Assembly (NCBI RefSeq): GCF_046119375.1
Contig: NW_027362770.1
Span: forward strand, 190,836,001 to 190,900,000
Direction of reading: 5' to 3'
Origin: Phyllobates terribilis
Lineage: Eukaryota
Length of the DNA: 64,000 bases
Positions 12,601 to 23,337 of the stretch are shown one piece after another. The notes below the pieces were generated by a model. The model had not been told where the DNA came from. It worked only from the letters and a program-made list of their open reading frames with translations, and made no database searches. Both the position numbers and the translations under genes were made by a program. Positions within the stretch are counted from its first letter, which is position 1, and each line of letters begins with the position of its first letter.

Positions 12601-14017
12601 ACTACGGACGTCCTTAGAAAAATCGATGGTCTGTACTTGGATTCAGATATGACCCTGGTTACTGCGGATGTCGAATCTCTGAACACCAGCATTGATCATT
12701 CGGATGGATTGGAGGCAGTAGAATTCTTCCTTAGTACGAGTAACCTAGACTCGGCACTATGGCACTTTGTTTTGGAACTCCTACAATTTATTTTAACTCA
12801 TCATTTTTTTACATTCAAAGACCGCTTCTTCTTACAGAGACGAGGCACTGCGATGGGGGCGGCGTGTGCGTCGTATGCCAACCTCTTTCTGGGATATTGG
12901 GAGAGGGAGGTTGTCATTGACGGCGCGGGTGCCTCCTCCCATGCGCAGTGCTGGTACAGATATATAGACGATCTATTTATCATTTGGCAGGGGTCGGAGC
13001 CTGGGCTTCATGACTTCATCTGTGAACTCAATAAGAACAAAAGAAACATCAAACTCACTTACAAACACTCGAGGAAAGAGATTGACTTCTTGGATGTGAA
13101 AACAAGAGTGCAAAATAATGGTGCGCTCCAGACGGATGTGTACCGGAAGGAAACATCAGTAAATTCCCTCCTCCATGCAACTTCGGCACATACTGTACAT
13201 ACAATCCGTGCAGTACCAACAGGTCAATTTCTTAGAGTGAAGCGTATCTGCTCCTCAGAGGAGATCTTTGAGGCTCAGGCTTGGGACCTGTCAAACCGAT
13301 TCTTTGAACGCGGATACAGTAGGAGAGCCGTAAAACAGGGATACCATTGTGCCAAAAAAACACCTCGAGACTTGTTATTGGTGAATAAAAGTAAAAACTC
13401 CAAGAAAGATCCCCCTTTGAGATTTAGCTCAACTTTCAACAATCAATGGCCGAGAATGCGACAAATATTACAAAAACACTGGCCGATTCTCACTACAGAA
13501 CCTACTTTGAGGAGAATCCTTCCTGACCATCCATTACTTACCGCAAGGAAAAGTCGGAATTTGAGAGACATATTAGTAAGGAGCCACTATGTGGCAAATC
13601 CTCCGAACCCGTTCGGTGCTGGTGTGCAGAGATGGGGCTGTTTTCCATGCGGATCCTGCATGGCATGCAGAAACATGACTAGAGCTGCCTGTTTTTCATC
13701 TTCTGATGGGGGTAGGGACTATCGGATCACTCATTACATCTCTTGTAGTACAAGTTATGTTATTTATCGTGCCACTTGTACTTGCAACCTCCATTATGTA
13801 GGACTCACGTCCCGACAGTTCCTCATACGAGTGAGGGAGCACATCAGAGACATTAAAGCCGCGAGCACGGCTGAGGATGTCTCTGTATTAAAAACCATCC
13901 CAAAACACTTTAGGTTACACCATAAGTGCAATACTGATGAAATTAAATTTATTGGAATAGACAGAATATTATGTGGTATCAGGGGAGGTGACAAAGAAAA
14001 TCTTAGCTCAAAGAGAA

Positions 14018-15347
14018 TGTCGTTGGATTTTCGCTCTGGACACCATGTCCCCCTCTGGGCTAAATGAAAAACTATCGTTCTCACCTTTTCTATAAGAGCT
14101 AATCCGTGTTTTTGTCCCTCTCTCTCCAATTGGTTTTAAATTTGTATGTTGTTCTTTTAACTGATTTTTATATACTCTTTTCACATTCCATAGTTGGATA
14201 CAAGATTATCTTTGATGTCTCTATTTATATACCCTACCTATTGATGGACGTGACCCTCAACTCTATAAGCCATTATGGGATCCTGTGAGAAATGGAGCGC
14301 ATATGGAGATAAACACAGTCCTAGATTTGGGAACGCAGAAGAAATATAGGATTGTCTTCCTTGGGACCACATATGCCGACGCATATTGCATTTGAGTGAT
14401 GTCCCATTTAATGAGATTTACTTGTTCCCATACGGATTGTGACTGTCCCGTTTGTTGTCTCTCTATTCTCCTCTCTTGGTCCCCCGGTCCCAATACTCTC
14501 CACAACCCACTAATTGGACAATGATTTAAGACGAGAGAGTGGTGAGTTCTGCCCTTCATTTTTGCCCATAAGGAAAATGGCCACCTGGATGTGCGCACGC
14601 GCGGTGGATCCCTGCAGCACCATCATCACCGAAGGCATCCATACGATGTGACGCGGGAAATGACATCACAGGAAACACTTTCCTGACCCGCGCCGTCATC
14701 GCGATGGCCGGAAGTGACCTATGGACGCCGGGATTTCGCTCACGTGCGCCGTCACCAATGGCTGTTATGGACATTTTGATTGAGGATGGGGATATAAATG
14801 GACATGAGACCTCATACATACCACACCGCCCGCCGAGGAAGCCCACCACGCGAAACGCGCGTCGGGGCGCGATCACAGCGGGATACATATGGGTAAGCCT
14901 GACTCATGTTAAGTGGCGAGCGCACATATATGTGTATACTGTTTACTAGGTTGCTATTTGAATTGTGCGCATGGCACTGGTACTGTCCTATGAGTCCATG
15001 CATGTTTGTGGCTTAAACCATGAATACTGCCGTTTTGGCATCTATTAATACAAAGGACCCTTATGCAGTGCTTATAGAGCCCCTATGCCCCTCTGTGATC
15101 TTTCTTTCATGTATCTCTCACCTCATACCCATTGATCTTTCTTTTATATTTTTGTAGTGATTTTGGTTTTTAAATATACCTAAATAAAATATATATCTTT
15201 TAATTCATTCTCTAGCACTGAGTTGCATTTTTGGTGTGCACCATGTCTCTTATAGGTTTATATACATTATGATGTGATAAAATCCCCTTTCACCATGTAT
15301 GGGATAACATGTGAGTTAATCACCCGTTGCGTAGGTATTATGCATAT
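14018..15347 (+). repeat. Penelope 3' pseudo-LTR
   Basis: Overlaps the ORF end and is repeated (inverted and partly direct) at the 5' end of the element. Confidence 0.9.
14827..14869 (+). ncRNA. Minimal type I hammerhead ribozyme motif in the 3' pLTR
   Basis: CGCCCG-CCGAGGA-A-GC-CCACCAC-GC-GAA-AC-GCGC-GT-C-GGGGCG; palindromic ACGCGCGT stem III; predicted cleavage after C14863. Confidence 0.72.
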
Positions 15348-15689
15348 ATTACAGAATAACAATCTCATAAATCAGCAGATACCAGGAGGAGTGAGGGCCC
15401 TGCTGCTCAGAAGCTTACAATCTGAGGAAATGGGGGAAACACGAAAGGTGGAAGGTAACAATTGCTGGTATTATACGGTCAAGCATCAATGTAATAAATG
15501 GGGTAATCACATAATGCAGCATGAACCAGTCACCAACCAGTATGTGAACAAATACAGACACAGAAGTCTAAGAAGTACATGGGAGTGTGTGAGCAGATGA
15601 TGCCAGGGACCGGATTATGTATGGGGAAAAAGATAGTTAAATAAGTACATATACGTACGTATACAGCAGTACATGGGGGTAGATGGCTC

Positions 15690-17180
15690 TATATGGAGGT
15701 TAAACATCACTATTTTGGGGTACTCGGCAGGAAATGGAGGCTATATAACACTATGTAGGTATATAGCAGGATATCAAAGGTATATGGAGGGTATATAGCA
15801 CTGTAGAGGTATACATCAGGTTATAGCGGATATATAGCACTATGTGGAGGTATACAGCAGGATATAGAAGATATATAGCACTATGTGGAGGTATATAGCA
15901 CTATGTGGAGGTATACAGCAGGATATAGAGGGTATATAACACTATGTGGAGGTATATAGCACTATATGGAGGTATACAGCAGGATATAGAGGGTATATAA
16001 CACTATGTGGAGGTATACATCAGGTTATAGAAGATATATAGCACTATGTGGAGGTATACAGCAGGATATAGAGAGTATATAACACTGGAGGTATATAACA
16101 CTATGTGGAGGTATACATCAGGTTATAGAAGATATATAGCACTATGTGGAGGTATACAGCAGGATATAGAGAGTATATAACACTGGAGGTATATAACACT
16201 ATGTGGAGGTATACATCAGGTTATAGAAGATATATAGCACTATGTGGAGGTATACAGCAGGATATAGAGAGTATATAACACTGGAGGTATATAACACTAT
16301 GTGGAGGTATACAGCAGGATATAGAGAGTATATAACACTGGAGGTATATAACACTATGTGGAGGTATACATCAGGTTATAGAAGATAAATAGCACTATGT
16401 GGAGGTATACAGCAGGATATAGAGAGTATATAACACTGGAGGTATATAACACTATGTGGAGGTATACAGCAGGATATAGAGAGTATATAACACTGGAGGT
16501 ATATAACACTATGTGGAGGTATACATCAGGTTATAGAAGATATATAGCACTATGTGGAGGTATACAGCAGGATATAGAGAGTATATAACACTGGAGGTAT
16601 ATAGCACTATGTGGAGGTATACAGGATATAGAGAGTATATAACACTGGAGGTATATAGCACTATGTGGAGGTATACAGGATATAGAGAGTATATAACACT
16701 GGAGGTATATAACACTATGTGGAGGTATACAGCAGGATAGAGAGTATATAACACTGGAGGTATATAGCACTATGTGGAGGTATACAGAAGGATATGAAAA
16801 GTATACAACAGTAATGGGGGGGGGGGGGGGGGAACATTCAGTATTATTTGGTGTACACAGAATCATATAGGGAGTATACCAGCAGTATATGGAGGGTGCA
16901 GTCCAGGGGTAAAGAGCTCTATATGGGGGTTATATAGCACTATATGGATGAGGGTATAAAGATCATATGAGCAGCACGATGAGGATCTAAACACTGAATG
17001 GATTGTATGCTGCATTATATATAGGAACAAAGCACTATATGGAGGTATACAGCACTATATGGAGGGTATACAGCACTATATGGGTGGTATACAGCTCTAT
17101 ATGGAGGGTATACAGCACTATATGGGGGTATACAGCACTATATGGAGGTATACAGCTGTACATGGAGGTATACAGCACTA
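15690..17180. repeat. Complex AT-rich satellite built from TATAGCACTATGTGGAGG / TATACAGCAGGA motifs
   Basis: Near-exact ~56-bp and longer periodicities at 15830-16800; degenerate monomers at ~17030-17180. Confidence 0.9.
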
Positions 17181-17598
17181 TAGACCTGTCAGTGACCCGA
17201 GCAGCAGTCACCGGGGAGGAGTCAGCTCTGTGACCGGATGTAACATCCTCCCGATAAAAGCGGGAAAATGACAGGAAAAAGGGCGGGAAATTCAACCTCC
17301 CCAACAGTTCTGTGCTCCGCCCACATCTGAGGAGAAGCCGCAGCTCCTGCTGCTGGGGGAGGGGCTGCTGACCGCCCTGTGCCCGGATGGCTGCAGTCTG
17401 CTCTGCGGGGACTGGGAACATCGGCCACTAAAGGGTTAACACCAAGTGTCTGCGGGGAGGAGCTGATCCTGTGCTGCCTGTGGGCGGAGCCATAGCCCTA
17501 CTGAGCGCTGATTGGCTGAGCGCTGAATATGAAATCCCCGCACAACGGCTGATAGTTCCTCCCGCTCTTTGTTCTCCTCAGTGTAACACGTGGTGCAG
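17181..17598 (+). other. Paralog of the H4 upstream and downstream flanks joined without the H4 gene
   Basis: 17181-17317 aligns by eye to 43365-43528 and 17318-17595 to 44027-44279. Confidence 0.8.
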
Positions 17599-20040
17599 AG
17601 CGCTATATGGAGGGTAATAACATCATGTGGCCGTATACAGCGCTATATAGAGGGTAATAACATCATGTGGCCGTATACAGCGCTATATGGAGGGTAATAA
17701 CATCATGTGGCCGTATACAGCGCTATATGGAGGGTAATAACATCATGTGGCCGTATACAGCGCTATATGGAATGTAATAACATCGTGTGGCCGTATACAG
17801 CGCTATATGGAGGGTAATAACATCGTGTGGCCGTATACAGCGCTATATGGAGGGTAATAACATCGTGTGGCCGTATACAGCGCTATATGGAGGGTAATAA
17901 CATCGTGTGGCCGTATACAGCGCTATATGGAGGGTAATAACATCATGTGGCCGTATACAGCGCTATATGGAGGGTAATAACATGTGGCCGTATACAGCGC
18001 TATATGGAGGGTAATAACATCATGTGGCCGTATACAGCGCTATAAGGAGGGTAATAACATCATGTGGCCGTATACAGCGCTATATGGAGGGTAATAACAT
18101 CATGTGGCCGTATACAGCGCTATATGGAGGGTAATAACATCATGTGGCCGTATACAGCGCTATATGGAGGGTAATAACATCATGTGGCCGTATACAGCGC
18201 TATATGGAGGGTAATAACATCGTGTGGCCGTATACAGCGCTATATGGAGCGTAATAGCATCATGTGGCCGTATACAGCGCTATATGGAGGGTAATAACAT
18301 CATGTGGCCGTATACAGCGCTATATGGAGGGTAATAACATCATGTGGCCGTATACAGCGCTATATTGAGGGTAATAACATCGTATGGCCGTATACAGCGC
18401 TATATGGAGGGTAATAACATCGTGTGGCCGTATACAGCGCTATATGGAGCGTAATAGCATCATGTGGCCGTATACAGCGCTATATGGAGGGTAATAACAT
18501 CATGTGGCCGTATACAGCGCTATATGGAGGGTAATAACATCATGTGGCCGTATACAGCGCTATATGGAGGGTAATAACATCGTGTGGCCGTATACAGCGC
18601 TATATGGAGCGTAATAGCATCATGTGGCCGTATACAGCGCTATATGGAGGGTAATATCATGTGGCCGTATACAGCGCTATATGGAGGGTAATAACATCAT
18701 GTGGCCGTATACAGCGCTATATTGAGGGTAATAACATCGTATGGCCGTATACAGCGCTATATGGAGGGTAATAACATGTGGCCGTATACAGCGCTATATG
18801 GAGGGTAATAACATCGTATGGCCGTATACAGCGCTATATGGAGGGTAATAACATCATGTGGCTGTATACAGCGCTATATGGAGGGTAATAACATCATGTG
18901 GCCGTATACAGCGCTATATAGAGGGTAATAACATCATGTGGCCGTATACAGCGCTATATGGAGGGTAATAACATCATGTGGCCGTATACAGCGCTATATG
19001 GAGGGTAATAACATCATGTGGCCGTATACAGCGCTATATGGAATGTAATAACATCGTGTGGCCGTATACAGCGCTATATGGAGGGTAATAACATCATGTG
19101 GCCGTATACAGCGCTATATGGAGGGTAATAACATCGTGTGGCCGTATACAGCGCTATATGGAGGGTAATAACATCATGTGGCCGTATACAGCGCTATATG
19201 GAGGGTAATAACATCATGTGGCCGTATACAGCGCTATATGGACGGTAATAACATCATGTGGCCGTATACAGCGCTATATGGAGGGTAATAACATCATGTG
19301 GCCGTATACAGCGCTATATGGAGGGTAATAACATCATGTGGCCGTATACAGCGCTATATGGAGGGTAATAACATCATGTGGCCGTATACAGCGCTATATG
19401 GAGGGTAATAACATCGTGTGGCCGTATACAGCGCTATATGGAGCGTAATAGCATCATGTGGCCGTATACAGCGCTATATGGAGGGTAATAACATCATGTG
19501 GCCGTATACAGCGCTATATGGAGGGTAATAACATCATGTGGCCGTATACAGCGCTATATTGAGGGTAATAACATCGTATGGCCGTATACAGCGCTATATG
19601 GAGGGTAATAACATGTGGCCGTATACAGCGCTATATGGAGGGTAATAACATCGTATGGCCGTATACAGCGCTATATGGAGGGTAATAACATCATGTGACC
19701 GTATACAGCGCTATATGGAGGGTAATAACATCGTATGGCCGTATACAGCGCTATATGGAGGGTAATAACATCATGTGGCCGTATACAGCGCTATATGGAG
19801 GGTAATAACATCGTGTGGCCGTATATAGCGCTATATGGAGGGTAATAACATCGTGTGGCCGTATACAGCGCTATATGGAGGGTAATAACATCGTGTGGCC
19901 GTATACAGCGCTATATGGAGGGTAATAACATTGTGTGGCCGTATACAGCGCTATATGGAGGGTAATAACATCGTTTGGCCGTATACAGCGCTATATGGAG
20001 GGTAATAACATCATGTGGCCGTATACAGCGTTATATGGAG
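17599..20040. repeat. 40-bp tandem satellite, about 60 copies
   Basis: Unit AGCGCTATATGGAGGGTAATAACATCATGTGGCCGTATAC, very homogeneous. Confidence 0.97.
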
Positions 20041-20559
20041 GTATTATATATGGTTTATAGCAGTATGGATAGAGGGTATACAGCACTATATGGAGGTATT
20101 ACACTATATAGAGGAATATTGCACTATATTAACAGTATGTACAGCGCTATGGTGATATATAGCACTATAGGGTATTTAGCACTATAGAGGGGTATGTAGC
20201 AACGGGGTGGGCCACCACCCTCTTATATGAGCAGCACTTGGCACAATATACTGGAATCTCTTTGTACAGGGAGAGGCGGCATCTTATTCATGTAACAATC
20301 TGCCCCGTTCATTGTTATATACATTTGTGATTGAGGATAATGTCCCCTTTACATGTAGCTGAATAGTGGGGTCCTGGAGTTGGTTACTGGGGGCTCTTGG
20401 TAGCCCAGTCCGACACTCTATAGCACAATACACTTAATTCTGAGGACATATTCAGCACCATATAACGGTATACAGCACTTTCAAGGGTATATCTATAATA
20501 TAACCAGGGACGTGTCCTCCTGTCCGGAGCCTCTATAGACTGCACAGTCGGCCGCAGAC

Positions 20560-20854
20560 AGAAATCCACATCCCAGACGGGTGAAGAGTGGCACCGGATA
20601 TCGCGCTATGCAGGCGCCATTTTAGTAAAATAAAACACAAGTGATGCGCTGCAGGGGAGCGATGGAAAGGTGAGGAGTGTTTTTTTTATTTATTGATGGG
20701 GGGAGAATATACCAGAATGGGTAGGAGCATGTACCAGGATCGGGGAGCATGTACCTGGATTGGGGAGCATATACCAGGATGTGAGACCAGGATTGGGGAG
20801 CATATACCAATAAAATTGCTCGCCATCCAGGCGTAGAACAAGTTCAATAGCTAG
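20560..20854 (+). mobile_element. Possible non-autonomous Helitron 3' end
   Basis: Short ACCAGGAT-GGGGAGCAT repeats, weak CGCC/GGCG hairpin, terminal CTAG followed by T; 5' boundary unknown. Confidence 0.4.
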
Positions 20855-20925
20855 TAGCACTATATGTGGACAATACTGCGCTTTTTTGGTTATACAGAGG
20901 ATTTATAGCACAATATGGGGGTATA

Positions 20926-21916
20926 TGTGACACCCCAGGGGTCTGGTTGCCACAGTGATAGAGATATTACGTCTGAGAGCAGGTGGGAGGTCTCTTGGTC
21001 AGGGATCCTATGCATGCCACACCTCCTGCCCAGTCCTGGGAGGGGAAGAACTTCCCCTATATAAACCTAGGGCTGAGGCAGGGTGAGGTGTAGAGACAGA
21101 GAAGAGAAGCAGATATAGGAAAAGAACACCAGGAGCTCTGTGGGAGCAGTGCTATAAGGAGTCAGGGGCTGGCAGCTGCAGAGCTCGCCCTGACTGAGAA
21201 GCTATCACCGGACCCGGAGTCCGAGGCTGTGGGGACTAATCTTTACCCAGCAGCAGAAACCGACCGGCAGGGGATTTCAGGTTCTCTGGTCAAGAAATCC
21301 GAAGGCACGGTCACACGCGTGGGACCAGCACTGCCGTCGTGCAGCGGACGCCACAAGAAGGCCCCGAGTCACCGGCCATACGGGTGAGCACCACACGGTA
21401 CACTCAGGGACGTGGGCTACTTTTACCCGCCTCTAGCAAGGTAGCCAGAAGAGTACAATTAGTTGGGGAGGCCTACAACTCCGCCTGGCCAGGGGAAATC
21501 CCATCTGCTCAAAGACTGACCAGGCCCTGATCGCTAGCCAGTACTCCGGGAGGGTCTATCTTTATCACCAGTAAAGACCCTGAACTACACCGCATCGTCT
21601 CTGAGTGATCCTGCTTCCCCAATCAGCCACGTCGGCTGCCCTGAGGCCATACCCCTCCCGTTGGGGGTGATACTATCACGCTGCACAATCCTACCACCGG
21701 CCTCAGCGGTCTGCCCTGCAGCGGCAGCTCCTTCGCTGCATTCAACGGGTGGCGTAGTCGTCCAACATCTACCGCTAATACATCGCCGCTCAGTTTGACT
21801 CCCTGGGCACGGACCGGGTCACCGCCACGAGACTACTACCCCCATCTGATCCGGATCCGGGTAAGCTCCCCCGTGCGCGCGATGCCGCGCGAAGCAGCAG
21901 GCCCAGGGGCGCGTCA
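20926..21916 (+). repeat. 5' LTR (991 bp)
   Basis: About 10 substitutions plus 11-bp and 1-bp indels versus the 3' LTR (counted by eye); TATATAAA near 21057. Confidence 0.95.
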
Positions 21917-21921
21917 ACTTT

Positions 21922-21939
21922 TGGCGTAGTCGGCAGGAT
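21922..21939 (+). promoter_or_regulatory. Primer binding site complementary to tRNA-Ser
   Basis: TGGCGTAGTCGGCAGGAT is the reverse complement of ATCCTGCCGACTACG-CCA, the 3' end of vertebrate tRNA-Ser(AGA/TGA type). Confidence 0.9.
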
Positions 21940-22356
21940 CTCGTGCCCGCAACCACCGGGTACTGCGTGCCTGGAAAAAAAAAAAAAGACTGTTCAAACT
22001 TACCTGTGGTGAAGATTCCCGCCATCCGGCGCCATCTTCCCGCCATCGGTGGAGTTTTCCCGCCATCCGGCGCCATCTTCAGCCTTCTTCCCGCCATACG
22101 TGGAGTTTTCCCGCCATTGGACGCCATCTTGAGGACGCCGCGCGGGAAGAAGAGGGGCGTGGACTCCGAAAGCGCGCGAGAACTGAAGCCCCGCCTCACG
22201 TCCGGACGTTGCCTAAGGTCCTGGAAGGAGCCCAGCAGACGCCGACGTCACAGGAGCGCGACGGAAGGTCCTCAACCCTGACGATCCACTGCGGAGCCGC
22301 GGCCTACGGAAGAGGATCATCGCAAGGTAGGCCACGGTCCACTAGGGGGGAGAAGG

Positions 22357-23337
22357 ATGTCGGATACGGAGGAGAGCTTCACCGCTTCAACCCCCGCCAG
22401 CGCCACCGCTGTGGCGGTCATGCCTTTCACCATGCCCTATATCCCGGGGGCAGCCTGGCTACCCCAGTACTCGGGGGAGTCACATACCCTGCATGACTTT
22501 AGAGAAAAGCTGGATAGCCTCTTCCAGGTGTACCCCCTCACAGAGGAGCAAAAAGTGAGCATCCTGGTGGCCCAATTAACCGGGGCAGCCCAAAGGGAGG
22601 TAAAGTCCTGGCCACCTGGGGGGAGGACTGTCGCAGGGATACTAACCCGGCTGAGGGACACCTTTGATACCCGCACCTCAGCCGAGATCAAGCTTAGATT
22701 CTACGGGTGCAAACAGCGGGCACATGAGAGTATAAGGGACTATGCCCTGAACCTACAAGAGGCCCTGAGAGCCATTAAGCAGACCGACCCTGACGGCGTG
22801 GGAGACGAGGACAGGCTGTTGACTGAACAATTTATAGATTGTTTATATTGCAATGCCCACCGAACCCAGTTGCGGGCAATGGCCTTACAGGACCCTCATC
22901 TGGGATTTGCACAGTTCAAGGACAGAGCCATCCGGGTGCTCCGAGAACCGGCACCAGGTGGCGTTGTGACCCACAGACGCCCCACTACCACTTACCACCA
23001 GGAGGCGGCGCCCTTGTCGGCAGGGCCTGTGGGAGCTGATGCGCAGGCTTTGAACAATGACCCGGCTCCACACCTGCACCATCAGGTCCAAGAGCTAGCT
23101 AAAAGCGTTGCTGCGCTAACCCGAACTGTGCAGTCTTTACAGGTTTCCACAACAGGGAAGATCCAGCTGGCATCCGGACCGGAGGACATCCCGTGGCGTC
23201 GACCAAGGAGGACCCCACCGGCCAGAGGAAGACCCAGCGACCGATACAACGAGGACGGACGACCCATCTGCCGCCGCTGCAATCAACCCGGACATATGGC
23301 AAGGTACTGTCCTTTAAACTGGCACAACCTGGGGTAG
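22357..23337 (+). CDS. gag: Gypsy Gag (capsid-like domain plus CCHC zinc knuckle), 326 aa
   Basis: Intact ORF after the PBS; CRRCNQPGHMARYC knuckle. Confidence 0.92.
   Translation: MSDTEESFTASTPASATAVAVMPFTMPYIPGAAWLPQYSGESHTLHDFREKLDSLFQVYPLTEEQKVSILVAQLTGAAQREVKSWPPGGRTVAGILTRLRDTFDTRTSAEIKLRFYGCKQRAHESIRDYALNLQEALRAIKQTDPDGVGDEDRLLTEQFIDCLYCNAHRTQLRAMALQDPHLGFAQFKDRAIRVLREPAPGGVVTHRRPTTTYHQEAAPLSAGPVGADAQALNNDPAPHLHHQVQELAKSVAALTRTVQSLQVSTTGKIQLASGPEDIPWRRPRRTPPARGRPSDRYNEDGRPICRRCNQPGHMARYCPLNWHNLG

Larger units (their letters stand above)
7039..14095 (+). pseudogene. Penelope-like polyprotein (N-terminal domain, RT, Zn-finger linker, GIY-YIG endonuclease), disrupted
   Basis: MDYKAREK...WWNKAFLERYI joins KGLIPRGLRVQVFP after removing 7218-11203; RT motifs GTAMG and YIDD; CFPCGSCMAC; VIYRATCTCNLHYVGLT; frameshifts near 12070 and 13995; natural end GLNEKLSFSPFL* at 14095. 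Confidence 0.9.
5574..15347 (+). mobile_element. Penelope-like retroelement insertion: inverted pLTR + partial direct pLTR + ORF + 3' pLTR
   Basis: 10-13 bp TSD ATTACAGAATAAC at 5561-5573 and 15348-15360; RT plus GIY-YIG ORF; 5574-6822 is the reverse complement of ~14018-15266; ~6823-7010 matches ~15185-15350. Confidence 0.92.
5483..15640 (-). mobile_element. L2-type LINE/SINE 3' tail split by the Penelope insertion (pieces 5483-5573 and 15348-~15640)
   Basis: ATTTATATAGCGCC... tail on the minus strand; sequence resumes after the duplicated ATTACAGAATAAC. Confidence 0.65.

Noticed and set aside
16815-16832. Long G tract (also ~46728-46740)
   Set aside because: Isolated homopolymer whose length is unreliable; no supporting structure
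17599-20040. Regular array superficially like CRISPR
   Set aside because: Contiguous monomers with no unique spacers, no cas genes, and a eukaryotic context
21339-21530. Small ORF present in both LTRs and partly in the solo LTR
   Set aside because: GTG start, differing stops and a frameshift in the solo LTR; conservation is better explained at the nucleotide level
21922-21939. tRNA-Ser-like sequence
   Set aside because: Only the 18-nt complement (PBS), not a tRNA gene
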